Virus record (IMG/VR): IMGVR_UViG_3300013744_000001
Span: 12,475 to 76,474 of that record
DNA from: a virus
Strand: one strand, 5' to 3'
Length of the DNA stretch: 64,000 nucleotides
Shown piece by piece: positions 9,569 through 18,227 of the stretch. The notes below the pieces were generated by a model, which ran no database searches, was not told the origin of the DNA, and saw only the letters and a list, made by a program, of their open reading frames with translations. The translations under genes were made by a program, and so were the position numbers. How positions within the stretch are numbered: the stretch's first letter is position 1; each line of letters starts with the position of its first letter.

Positions 9569-11071
9569 ATGGATATGTTCACGGTAAAAGATTTACATCA
9601 GACTCAGAAGGACTGCATCACATGGATGCTTGGCAGGCAGTCCGGCTGTGTCGCGTCGGAGTGTGGCAGCGGCAAGACCGTTATGGGTTTGACTGCTTTC
9701 CTCATTTACAGAAGGAAGACGGGTATCAGGCTGCCCATGCTGGCGGTGTCTGTGCCCAAGGGTGTCAAGGAAACGTGGAGCGTCGAGCATAAGCGCTGGC
9801 AGCACTTGAAGAATCTGAGGGTTGCCACTCTTGCCGGCACACCTGCCAGACGGGAGAAGATTCTCGAAGATGGCAATTTCGATGTACTCTGTGTATCCTA
9901 CGGGCTTCTGAACTGGTTGGCAGAGCTCAAGAAGATAGGTTTCCCAAATACAAATTTCTCCTTCATCTTCGCAGACGAAGGCTCCTGCCTGAAGGGTCAC
10001 GCCAGCAAATGGCGCGTAGCCCTTTCGATTCTCAGCATCGGTGCAAATGCCAGGTTCATTGCCACGGCAACCCCTGCACCACATGACGCAATGGATTACT
10101 GGGGCCTGGTCAAGTATCTGGACGACGGCAGATGCCTGAATGCAAAGACAATAAGTCAGTTCAGAAGTATCTACTGTCAAGCTTTTCCCATACCCAATAC
10201 AAGTGGTGTTTTCTATCGTATCAAGAGCAGAGAGACAGCGCGTGAGATCGAAAAGAAAGTGGCCCCTTTTTTCTACAGCTTCGAAACGCCCGAGGTACCT
10301 ATCGAAACAGTCGATGTACTCTGTTCGCTGTCACCCGAGTCCATGGCCTTGTACAAGCGCATCGAGAAGGAACAGTGTCTGAACTCGATTGCCGACAAAG
10401 AGACAGGCAAACCGGTTATGGATAAGTCTCTGGGTGCCATGGATCTGGCCAACAAGCTGGCCCAGGTTGCCAACGGCTTTGTCTATGTGGACAAGGTCCT
10501 GAAGCTTTCACCCGAGACCATTGCCGAGTTGGAGCGGACAGAGGATGAGAAGGAAGTCAGACAGATCATGAAGAAGAACAGCGTCAGGGAAACAATCAAT
10601 CTCTTTCCCGATCGCATCGAGCTCTGCAAGAAGATGGTCAAAGCTGTACGGACCAAGCACCCCGATTCTTCGATAGCTGTTGCCTATCTTTTCACCCATG
10701 ATCTGAAAGTTTTGCAGGAAGCGTTCCCCGAAGGTGTGTCAGATACGGAGGAGGATATTGCTGCCAGATGGAACAGAGGAGAGATACCGCTTCTCTTCCT
10801 CCAGTACGCCAGATGCTCCAAAAGTCTGAACCTGCAACAGAGTGGCTATGTGCTGATTATGTACACCAGTACCTTTAACTGGGAGCATGACTATCAGATA
10901 GCCAGACGCTTTGCCAGACAGGGACAGAAGGCACCCAAGGTCTATGTTTATCGGCTGCATCTGAAAGGCACAGTCGACGATCTGAAGAGCAAGGTGCTGG
11001 ACAAACGGGGCAACAGTCATGTCCGTTTTCAGAAGGACATTCTGCGCTATGCCACAACTGCTGCGGCATAG
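9569..11071 (+). CDS. SNF2/DEAD-like superfamily 2 helicase (500 aa)
   Basis: Walker A 'ECGSGKTVMGL', DExx-box 'IFADEGSCL', C-terminal helicase-domain-like region 'LQQSGYVLIMYTSTFNWEHDYQIARRFARQGQ'. Confidence 0.65.
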   Translation: MDMFTVKDLHQTQKDCITWMLGRQSGCVASECGSGKTVMGLTAFLIYRRKTGIRLPMLAVSVPKGVKETWSVEHKRWQHLKNLRVATLAGTPARREKILEDGNFDVLCVSYGLLNWLAELKKIGFPNTNFSFIFADEGSCLKGHASKWRVALSILSIGANARFIATATPAPHDAMDYWGLVKYLDDGRCLNAKTISQFRSIYCQAFPIPNTSGVFYRIKSRETAREIEKKVAPFFYSFETPEVPIETVDVLCSLSPESMALYKRIEKEQCLNSIADKETGKPVMDKSLGAMDLANKLAQVANGFVYVDKVLKLSPETIAELERTEDEKEVRQIMKKNSVRETINLFPDRIELCKKMVKAVRTKHPDSSIAVAYLFTHDLKVLQEAFPEGVSDTEEDIAARWNRGEIPLLFLQYARCSKSLNLQQSGYVLIMYTSTFNWEHDYQIARRFARQGQKAPKVYVYRLHLKGTVDDLKSKVLDKRGNSHVRFQKDILRYATTAAA

Positions 11072-11081
11072 CGCAGAATGT
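11037..11081. other. 17-bp perfect inverted repeat 'ACATTCTGCGCTATGCC'...'GGCATAGCGCAGAATGT' with 11-nt loop spanning the helicase stop codon
   Basis: Read directly; no T-tract follows, so it is a candidate regulatory or processing hairpin rather than a classical terminator. Confidence 0.55.
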
Positions 11082-11157
11082 TACATAAAGCTTGTGCTTT
11101 ACACGACAGGACGTTATACTTCTTCAATACTTTTTATAACCTTACAAGGAGGTTACC

Positions 11158-11346
11158 ATGGCATGTGGATCGTGTGGCAAGGCCCGTCAGGGTACAGGTG
11201 CTGTCAAGAGTCGCAGGCGCGAGAGTGCAGGCGATGTGTCGCAGGCTCTGGCCAACGAGCAGAGCTCCCCTCTGGCCGGTGATACCACCGGTTACAGCGA
11301 CAGATTGCGCAACTATTTGCAGGAGCTCAGACGCCGGCGAGGCTGA
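11158..11346 (+). CDS. small protein (62 aa) with N-terminal CxxC pair
   Basis: Strong 'AAGGAGG' RBS 6 nt upstream; 'MACGSCGKARQG...'. Confidence 0.4.
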   Translation: MACGSCGKARQGTGAVKSRRRESAGDVSQALANEQSSPLAGDTTGYSDRLRNYLQELRRRRG

Positions 11347-11357
11347 GAGGACAGATT

Positions 11358-11894
11358 ATGGAACTGGTGCCGACGGACAAGGCGAAATTTACACTGGCGA
11401 AAGGGATTCTTCTTTCGGTGGAGAACATCAGAGACAAGGCCATCGTGATTCAGAATACGGTGGGCCTTGAATTTGTATTCACCCTCATAGCAAACGGTTT
11501 ATCCGAGCAGCAGATAGCCTCGGACCTGGGTCTGATGCCCAACGAGTTGAAAATTATCTGCTGCTCGAATCCGACGCTTCGTAAACGTTATATCGAAGCC
11601 CACGCATTTCGTTTCGCCGACACCAGTATTCGCACCCTCGACAAGAGCGGCCTCGCTGCGGCAGAGGCGCTGGACAAATACGAGAAGAACGCAACCGACT
11701 TCCATTCAAACAACATCGACCGCGTTATGAAGGCGAACGTTTCCGACGGTGCGCAGGCCGGTGTTGTTATCAACAATACCGTTGTGGTCAGGGATAAAAG
11801 CGAAGTTCCCGACGTACCTGCGGACATCAAAAACATTCTCGACATGGAGGTAAAACATGTTGATTCTGACATCGACGCCCGGCATAGCGGATGA
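11358..11894 (+). CDS. putative terminase small subunit
   Basis: Immediately upstream of the large terminase; HTH-like 'LSEQQIASDLGLMPNEL'; 178 aa. Assignment by position and size only, which is inference. Confidence 0.4.
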   Translation: MELVPTDKAKFTLAKGILLSVENIRDKAIVIQNTVGLEFVFTLIANGLSEQQIASDLGLMPNELKIICCSNPTLRKRYIEAHAFRFADTSIRTLDKSGLAAAEALDKYEKNATDFHSNNIDRVMKANVSDGAQAGVVINNTVVVRDKSEVPDVPADIKNILDMEVKHVDSDIDARHSG

Positions 11895-12087
11895 GGAATG
11901 CGACGACGAAATCATCATCGGTACAGATATTGTGGTCAGGATATTGAATATCGACCATGAACACAAGACTGTGAGCCTTGGTATCACCGCACCCAGTGGC
12001 ACAATCATCGATCGGAGAAAGGTGCGCAACATGCGCATCGAACGTATCAAACGACTCTTGGGTGATCTGTTGCCGAACAATCCCTGA
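11857..12087 (+). CDS. csrA: CsrA-like RNA-binding translational regulator (carbon storage regulator family) homologue
   Basis: 'MLILT...IIIGTDIVVRILNIDHEHKTVSLGITAPSGTIIDRRKV' aligns with bacterial CsrA '[47 protein letters not shown]' (MLILT, IGxD, V..L, V.(I/L)G(I/V).AP, trailing I.R), with a 13-aa acidic insertion. Strong 'GGAGGTAAAAC' RBS. Confidence 0.55.
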   Translation: MLILTSTPGIADEECDDEIIIGTDIVVRILNIDHEHKTVSLGITAPSGTIIDRRKVRNMRIERIKRLLGDLLPNNP

Positions 12088-12101
12088 CATCCGAGGTTGC
12101 A

Positions 12102-13784
12102 ATGCAGGACAGAATCGAACACAGACGATTTGTCGATCCGTTCTTCGAGCGGTGCTTCGAGCAGATATTCCTGCAACGTGACAAATCGCTCTTCGCCATG
12201 GACGGTGCGGTGGGCACAGGCAAGTCCTCTGAGTTTACCGTTCGTTCGGCATACAACCTGGCCTGTCTGGTAGAGCCCATGCGTATCGGGGCCAGACAGG
12301 TGCGGGAAAGCAAGTGGGCGTTTATCCGACAGTCGGAGCAGAGTGCCTACAACACCGTGCGGGGTATCTTCACCGAGGCTATCTTCTCTCCGGAGATTGT
12401 GGCCAACGATGCCAGGCTCATCACTACGCATTCGATGCATCCCAAGGAACTGCACATCGAACATAATCTGGGCGATGATACTGTGGTCAGGATGCTCATC
12501 GAATGCCACGGCTTTGACAACGAGCAGGCGTTCGAGCGTCTGAAGACGCACGAGTTTCTGGGTGCTATGATTCCCGAGGCACAAAGTATTCCGTGGAACA
12601 TTATCACAACAGCCATCGAACGCTGCGGTCGCTGGCGCGCAGCATCCCTAGTTATCAAAAAGACCATCGATGGCAGAGAGTATATGCTCTCGGGTCAGAG
12701 CAGTCTCTCCATTGTCCTTGCCGATATCAACATCCCGGCCAGACCGCATGCACTCTATGAGGAGTGGTACGATAAAAAGGACAGAAGCAATCTGCCTTTT
12801 GTCTTTTTCACTCCTCCCCAGCCCATCATCCCGATCAAGACAGAGAACATCAAGGACCTCGAACGACTGAAAGAAAAGTATCCGGTCTCTGTTTACGGTG
12901 GGGAAGAAGTCATCTGGGTGCCCAACCCCGAGGCTTATAATTTTACCCGCCACTACGAAGAATTGGACGCTAACATGCAGCGTATCCCGTGGACCGGGTA
13001 CAACTACTGGCTGAGACAGATATACAGAGACGACTCGCAGGTGAGACGCTACATCGTTGGTCTCCCGGACACCATGAGCGGAGAGGCTGCGATATACAGA
13101 AACTTTGTCAGAGACGAGAAGACTCTTGTGACGAAGGAGATTCTGCCCGGCAAACCTGTTTACGTGGGCTACGATCCCGGTGGGCACAGTGCGTTCATCT
13201 GTCTGCAAAAACAGGACGACGGGGTTTTGCACTTCTTCAAAGAATTCATTTTCACACTGGCTGATAACGTCAGCACCAGAGAACAGATCGGCGACTTCCT
13301 CATCCCCTGGTGTGAGCAGGAACTGAAGCATATGAACATTGTCGTTGTCCCCGACCCTGCGTCCGCGTGGCTTGGCAAAAGTCGCATGTCGGATACGACA
13401 GAATCTGCATTGAATGTTCTGCAACTGCTGATCAAGGATGCCAACAATCGTGGACGTTGTCATTTCGCCATCGAGCTGCCCAGAGTACGCAATCAGGAAG
13501 AAGATGTCAGACAGCAGAGCCTAAAGTATTTCATCGACCAGAAGAAGCTGACCATCGATCCTTCCTGCGAAACTTTTATAGATGGCCTGATGGGCGGTTA
13601 TCATTACAAGATGACCAGGAGCAAAATCCTCTCCAACCAGATTGACAAAGACGACCCGACCTGCGACGTGGTCGAAGCGGCGCAGTATCCTGTGGTCAAT
13701 ATCCTGAAAAACATCAACAGGAAACGACGCAATGAAAGCAGCTACAATTATAAAGCCAGACAGGGAAGCATCCGGCGAAGGTAA
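12102..13784 (+). CDS. terminase large subunit (ATPase + RNase-H-like nuclease)
   Basis: N-terminal Walker A 'DGAVGTGKSS'; C-terminal nuclease-type 'VYVGYDPGGHSAFICL' (hhhGhD); 560 aa; follows the putative small subunit. Confidence 0.6.
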   Translation: MQDRIEHRRFVDPFFERCFEQIFLQRDKSLFAMDGAVGTGKSSEFTVRSAYNLACLVEPMRIGARQVRESKWAFIRQSEQSAYNTVRGIFTEAIFSPEIVANDARLITTHSMHPKELHIEHNLGDDTVVRMLIECHGFDNEQAFERLKTHEFLGAMIPEAQSIPWNIITTAIERCGRWRAASLVIKKTIDGREYMLSGQSSLSIVLADINIPARPHALYEEWYDKKDRSNLPFVFFTPPQPIIPIKTENIKDLERLKEKYPVSVYGGEEVIWVPNPEAYNFTRHYEELDANMQRIPWTGYNYWLRQIYRDDSQVRRYIVGLPDTMSGEAAIYRNFVRDEKTLVTKEILPGKPVYVGYDPGGHSAFICLQKQDDGVLHFFKEFIFTLADNVSTREQIGDFLIPWCEQELKHMNIVVVPDPASAWLGKSRMSDTTESALNVLQLLIKDANNRGRCHFAIELPRVRNQEEDVRQQSLKYFIDQKKLTIDPSCETFIDGLMGGYHYKMTRSKILSNQIDKDDPTCDVVEAAQYPVVNILKNINRKRRNESSYNYKARQGSIRRR

Positions 13785-15789
13785 GGACCTGCTGGGTGAA
13801 CTCAATCTGCTCCTCCTTTCGGCCATTGGGTATCGCGGTCTCTGCGGTGCCACCCATGATATTCAGTGCGCATATCTGAGAGCCTGCGAGGAAGGAGCAC
13901 AGAACGGTATGCCCGACTTCGAAGTCAAGCCGGACAATCCGCAAGGAGGCAGTGACGGTTGCACCGAAGATGACGGGGAATGTTCGCTCTGTAACCCGGA
14001 GCTTCAGAATATCTGTTCCACAGATGAGCTGGCTTGTTCACTGGAGAAGAGTTCTCCGTTCCGTTCCGTTCCGGGTCTGATATCGACCATCAAGGTTTAC
14101 GACTACACGAGTCTGGTCGAGTATGCCTATGCCAAGGTGGGTAACAAACCCTTCAAACTCAAGAGTAACAAGGAAGTGACGGTGCGGGAGGAAGAGCTCG
14201 AAGAACTGGCTTCCATTTTTGCAGAGAACATTGAATCCTTCATCGAAATGAACGATGTTCGGATAGACGAGATTCCGGATGCTTTCAATTTCAAAGCTAT
14301 GAGCGATCTGGTCACAGCCTTTGACGACTACCTGATGAAGCGGGCTGTCAAGCACAATGACAAGGAGCTTCAGCATTATGAAGATGGCATCGAGCGGAGC
14401 TTCAATCGGACAAACTTCATGTCCCAGTATATCGAGGTGCTGAAGGATACTGCCAACTACCCCATCGGTGTGTTTTGGATAGATGACAACAGTGTCAAGA
14501 AGCAGAAACGCATTACAGCTTCCGGTCAGGTTGTTATCGATCGCAAGATTCAGGCTACGGCCGAAAGAGTGCATCCGGCCAATGTCTGGTTCACCTCCGA
14601 TTTTACTCTTTCTACCGTCGGTCGCGCAGTTTTCAGAGTCAAGCGCTATACCAGAGGCGACATCCTGAGGTGGAAAGAACTGGGCATCGCCGGCAGCAAA
14701 AAGCTGGAGAAGAACATCGACGATTATCTGGATGAATACGAAGATGGTTGTTATATCCCCAACATATTTCTTTTCCGTAATCTGAATCCCATAGTCAATT
14801 ACGATTATGATGTGATGATTGCCCGAGGCAATTTCAAAAAGGAACATGTGCAAGAACTGGGCATTGACATTCCGGAGAGCATGCAACACGAGATGTTCGT
14901 TCCCTGCGAGATTTATTTCTCCGGTTCCCATGTACTGCGGGCCAGGGTCATGGATGTTCTGGACGAGCATCTGGGTGTCTTTACCACAGTGTTCAGACGC
15001 AACTGCGACAGTATCTACGGGTATTCGGTCTATGATTTCTGCTATCCCTTTGCCAGGCTCTACGGCAACGTCATCGATTCTCTGGACAGAAGCGTTGGCA
15101 AATCTGTCGGCATGATTCTACAGGTGGACAGAAGTGTCATCGAAGATCCGGACAGATATTTCAGACGGGATAAAGATGGGCAGATTGTCCTCGATATCTC
15201 GCAGGACCAGCTCATTGAGTTCGATTCTACACAGGCCTTCGGTGCTCCGAATTTCAAGGGCTTTCCCATAACCGTTACTGCTTTGCCTTCGAACATCGAG
15301 AAACTGATGCCCGTGCTCCAGATGGCCGTCGATGAGATGGAACGTCTGACCAAGATACCCAACATGCTGACCGATGGTACCGACATCAGCTCCGCACTCA
15401 GGACCACCAGTAATATGAACATGGCCTACAACAGTAGCGCCAAGGTCGTACAGGCGCTGCTCAGAGAGGCGGAGAACCGGGTACTGAAGCCCGGTATAGT
15501 TTACATGTTCGACTGCGAAGTACTGGGTCAGAGAGTGCCCAAGGGTCTTCTGGACATGGATCCGGAGATTCTTCTTTCCGATACTCTCCTGCGCGAGAGC
15601 AACGATGCGCAGGAACTGCTTGCGAATCTGCAGATTCTTGCCCAGTATCGTGACATTATTCCTCCCGAGAAGTTCAAGACCCTGCTCAATACCGTTGCAC
15701 GTAAGAGTCTTGGCTTCAGGGAGGACATTGTACCAGATGCCGGTGTCTTCGACATCGAGCGCAAACCACAACAGCAGACAATTGTCTGA
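13732..15789 (+). CDS. putative portal protein (685 aa)
   Basis: Large ORF immediately after terminase large, overlapping it by 53 nt; assignment by synteny and size only. Confidence 0.35.
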   Translation: MKAATIIKPDREASGEGKDLLGELNLLLLSAIGYRGLCGATHDIQCAYLRACEEGAQNGMPDFEVKPDNPQGGSDGCTEDDGECSLCNPELQNICSTDELACSLEKSSPFRSVPGLISTIKVYDYTSLVEYAYAKVGNKPFKLKSNKEVTVREEELEELASIFAENIESFIEMNDVRIDEIPDAFNFKAMSDLVTAFDDYLMKRAVKHNDKELQHYEDGIERSFNRTNFMSQYIEVLKDTANYPIGVFWIDDNSVKKQKRITASGQVVIDRKIQATAERVHPANVWFTSDFTLSTVGRAVFRVKRYTRGDILRWKELGIAGSKKLEKNIDDYLDEYEDGCYIPNIFLFRNLNPIVNYDYDVMIARGNFKKEHVQELGIDIPESMQHEMFVPCEIYFSGSHVLRARVMDVLDEHLGVFTTVFRRNCDSIYGYSVYDFCYPFARLYGNVIDSLDRSVGKSVGMILQVDRSVIEDPDRYFRRDKDGQIVLDISQDQLIEFDSTQAFGAPNFKGFPITVTALPSNIEKLMPVLQMAVDEMERLTKIPNMLTDGTDISSALRTTSNMNMAYNSSAKVVQALLREAENRVLKPGIVYMFDCEVLGQRVPKGLLDMDPEILLSDTLLRESNDAQELLANLQILAQYRDIIPPEKFKTLLNTVARKSLGFREDIVPDAGVFDIERKPQQQTIV

Positions 15790-15801
15790 AGGAGGAAGGA
15801 A

Positions 15802-16635
15802 ATGAAACTCAAAACCAAAGTGCTTGTCATCTGTTCCTTGCTGGCTCTGACCATGCTCCTTGTGGCCTGCCCTAAGAACAAACACAAGCCGGACAACTCG
15901 GCAATTCCACCACCGCAAACCTTCGTGGGCTATGGCATTGTCAACAAGTGGCACACCATCGACCCCGAGAAGCTAGCCAACGAGCTTGCAGCCAGAGGCT
16001 TGAACATTACGCACATCGAATACGCGGCGATGAACGACGGACCGATGAATGCATCGTTCGATTTCCATCATGATGCGTACAGGAAGTTCATCACTGCCAT
16101 GCGGGCTAAAGGCATCTGGACCTTTGTCAATGTCATCAACTGGAATCGGGTCGACATGTGCAGTGAGGCGTTGAACGATGCCTGGTACATGAACGAGCTG
16201 AACTTTATCAAGAGCATGGGTACCAGCCGCATCATTCTGCAACCGGTCAGCGAATGGGTAGGAGGAAGAAATCACGCCTGTTGGCCGAAGGCCAAGCGCT
16301 GGCATGATCTGACCAAGGCCAATTGGGCGGGTCTGACCTCGTGGAACAGGACCTCCAGACCCAAAAGCCCCGAAGGCTGGGGACATTACTTCGAGTATCA
16401 TCCCTGCAACATCAACGACCTTGGTCCCAAATTCGCCATCATGACCACCGACTGCGGCGGGCCTATCCAGTATTACCAGGGTGGCAACGACGAAGGCATG
16501 GTGGTACGCAAGGCCGAATTGGAGCGGTATGTACGAAATGTCTTGCGCTCTGGTCACCATTTCATTTATTATGGGTTCAGGCAACGCACCATCGACACTG
16601 GTGCGATGGATGCGATTGCCAGAGGTAAGCAGTAA
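15802..16635 (+). CDS. lipoprotein (signal peptide + lipobox 'LVAC'); possible TIM-barrel glycosidase-like domain (very tentative)
   Basis: 'MKLKTKVLVICSLLALTMLLVACPKNKHK'; very strong 'GGAGGAAGGAAATG' RBS; followed by a terminator-like hairpin. Confidence 0.55.
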   Translation: MKLKTKVLVICSLLALTMLLVACPKNKHKPDNSAIPPPQTFVGYGIVNKWHTIDPEKLANELAARGLNITHIEYAAMNDGPMNASFDFHHDAYRKFITAMRAKGIWTFVNVINWNRVDMCSEALNDAWYMNELNFIKSMGTSRIILQPVSEWVGGRNHACWPKAKRWHDLTKANWAGLTSWNRTSRPKSPEGWGHYFEYHPCNINDLGPKFAIMTTDCGGPIQYYQGGNDEGMVVRKAELERYVRNVLRSGHHFIYYGFRQRTIDTGAMDAIARGKQ

Positions 16636-16647
16636 GCGGTATTCATC

Positions 16648-16687
16648 GGGCAGGGCTGCTCTGGCCCTGCCCACCTTCATTCTTTGG
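16648..16687 (+). terminator. putative intrinsic terminator after the lipoprotein gene
   Basis: Stem 'GGGCAGGGC'/'GCCCTGCCC', 7-nt loop, then the T-rich 'ACCTTCATTCTTTGG'. Confidence 0.45.
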
Positions 16688-16965
16688 AGACGAACATGAA
16701 CGAAGACAGACTGAAATTCTATCTGGAGAGAAGAAAGCAATTTAGCGACTGGTGCCTGCGCGTTGTCTTTGACGACGAGTGGCACAACTCTATGGTCGTA
16801 ACAGAATGGTCGAAGAAACCTGATGAAAAAACAATCGACGATATTGTTCAACTTGTGAACAGATCCTTTGAGATACTGTCTAGATATCTGGGAAGAGCTG
16901 TAGTAAGAGAAATGGATACCCTCCGTCAGGGTATGTTACAGAGCGGAATTATCGGAGACAAGTGA
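16684..16965 (+). CDS. hypothetical protein (93 aa)
   Basis: ORF with a GGAGA RBS. Confidence 0.4.
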   Translation: METNMNEDRLKFYLERRKQFSDWCLRVVFDDEWHNSMVVTEWSKKPDEKTIDDIVQLVNRSFEILSRYLGRAVVREMDTLRQGMLQSGIIGDK

Positions 16966-17390
16966 TGACTCTTACAAAAGACGATGTGATGAATTTTAAC
17001 TTCGGCGAACGTACGGATACGACTGTCGGCTTCGCCACTCCCGAGGACTGGATATTCGACGGCCTGAAGGCCTACGCTCAAATGGTGCTCATGGTTGTGC
17101 CCCAGTCGTTCAGAGACAAAAGCACCGAAGAGCTCGAAGCGATGACGCTTGCGGGCCTCAGGAACGCACACGACAAAATCCTGCGCATCGAGCGCGGAGC
17201 CCACACGCATCAGCCCATTGAATCAGTTACCACTATGCAGGCATGGGTGGAGGAAGCGATAATGGATTTTCTCTACAGTGATGTCTTTGTGCTCAAGGGC
17301 GAAGGCGCTGCCAGGTGGTCTCAGTTCTCGGTTGAGATTGCCAAGGCTCCTGCCTTGGCCAGACTGATTGATTTTCTGGAAACGAAATAA
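16962..17390 (+). CDS. hypothetical protein (142 aa)
   Basis: ATGA-coupled to the previous ORF. Confidence 0.4.
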   Translation: MMTLTKDDVMNFNFGERTDTTVGFATPEDWIFDGLKAYAQMVLMVVPQSFRDKSTEELEAMTLAGLRNAHDKILRIERGAHTHQPIESVTTMQAWVEEAIMDFLYSDVFVLKGEGAARWSQFSVEIAKAPALARLIDFLETK

Positions 17391-17399
17391 CCGAACTAC

Positions 17400-17445
17400 G
17401 ATGGGGGTAACGAAACGTTACCCCCATCGTTTGTATTCGTTTTCG
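17400..17445 (+). terminator. rho-independent terminator
   Basis: 13-bp stem 'GATGGGGGTAACG'/'CGTTACCCCCATC', loop 'AAA', followed by 'GTTTGTATTCGTTTTCG'. Confidence 0.75.
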
Positions 17446-17475
17446 CTGTAAACACATACACAACAGGAGCAAAGC

Positions 17476-18222
17476 ATGAATGAAGTAACTGTATTCAGAT
17501 TCGAAGGCACTCGCGAAATTCGTACCGTTCTCAAAGACGGAGAGCCTTGGTTCGTCGCCAAGGATATTTGTGATATTCTGGAGTTGACAAATCCAACGGT
17601 AGCGATCGAATCTTTGGACGACGATGAACGGTCTAAGTATTTCTTAGGTCGTCAGGGAGAAGTAAATATCATTAACGAGTCCGGACTTTACGCACTGGTG
17701 TTCAAATCCCGAAAGCCTGAGGCCAAGGCGTTTCGCAAGTGGGTTACGTCGGAAGTGCTCCCGGCAATTCGAAAGACTGGACAGTATACAGTAACTGCAA
17801 CGAATATGATTTCGGAGGAATTCACATCCAGAGCTTTCGCAGCTCTGAGGAGTATTGCTGTTACTGCCGGGCTGGAAGGTAACGCTGCTACTGTGTCTGC
17901 GGATAATGCGATGAAGCGTATCCATAACATTTCTCCACTGAACCTTTTACAGATCGAATTAAAGACTCCCGACCAACAGAGACTTCTGACTCCAACCCAG
18001 ATTGCCGAGCGACTGAAGCTTTCCGGTCCCAGAGAAGCGAATCTGATTCTTGCTGCTAAAGGGTTCCAGATCAGAGAAGGTAAACAGTGGTTGCCAACAG
18101 ACACAGGCAAACCATTTGCAGTACTTCTGGACACAGATAAACAACACAGCTCGGGCGTCATGATTCAGCAGCTCAAGTGGAAAGAAAGTATTCTGAGTGA
18201 GCTCGAAAATCTGGGCAACTGA
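17476..18222 (+). CDS. Bro-N domain antirepressor-family protein (Bro-N + KilAC-like C-terminal domain)
   Basis: 'MNEVTVFRFEGTREIRTVLKDGEPWFVAKDICDILEL...SGLYALVFKSRKPEAKAFRKWVTSEVLPAIRKTGQY'. Confidence 0.75.
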   Translation: MNEVTVFRFEGTREIRTVLKDGEPWFVAKDICDILELTNPTVAIESLDDDERSKYFLGRQGEVNIINESGLYALVFKSRKPEAKAFRKWVTSEVLPAIRKTGQYTVTATNMISEEFTSRAFAALRSIAVTAGLEGNAATVSADNAMKRIHNISPLNLLQIELKTPDQQRLLTPTQIAERLKLSGPREANLILAAKGFQIREGKQWLPTDTGKPFAVLLDTDKQHSSGVMIQQLKWKESILSELENLGN

Positions 18223-18227
18223 GCAAC

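Noticed and set aside
15802-16635. Calling the lipoprotein a GH5 glycoside hydrolase from 'YMNELNF'
   Set aside because: The NEP catalytic signature is not met (NEL) and no second catalytic Glu context is convincing; kept as lipoprotein of unknown function.
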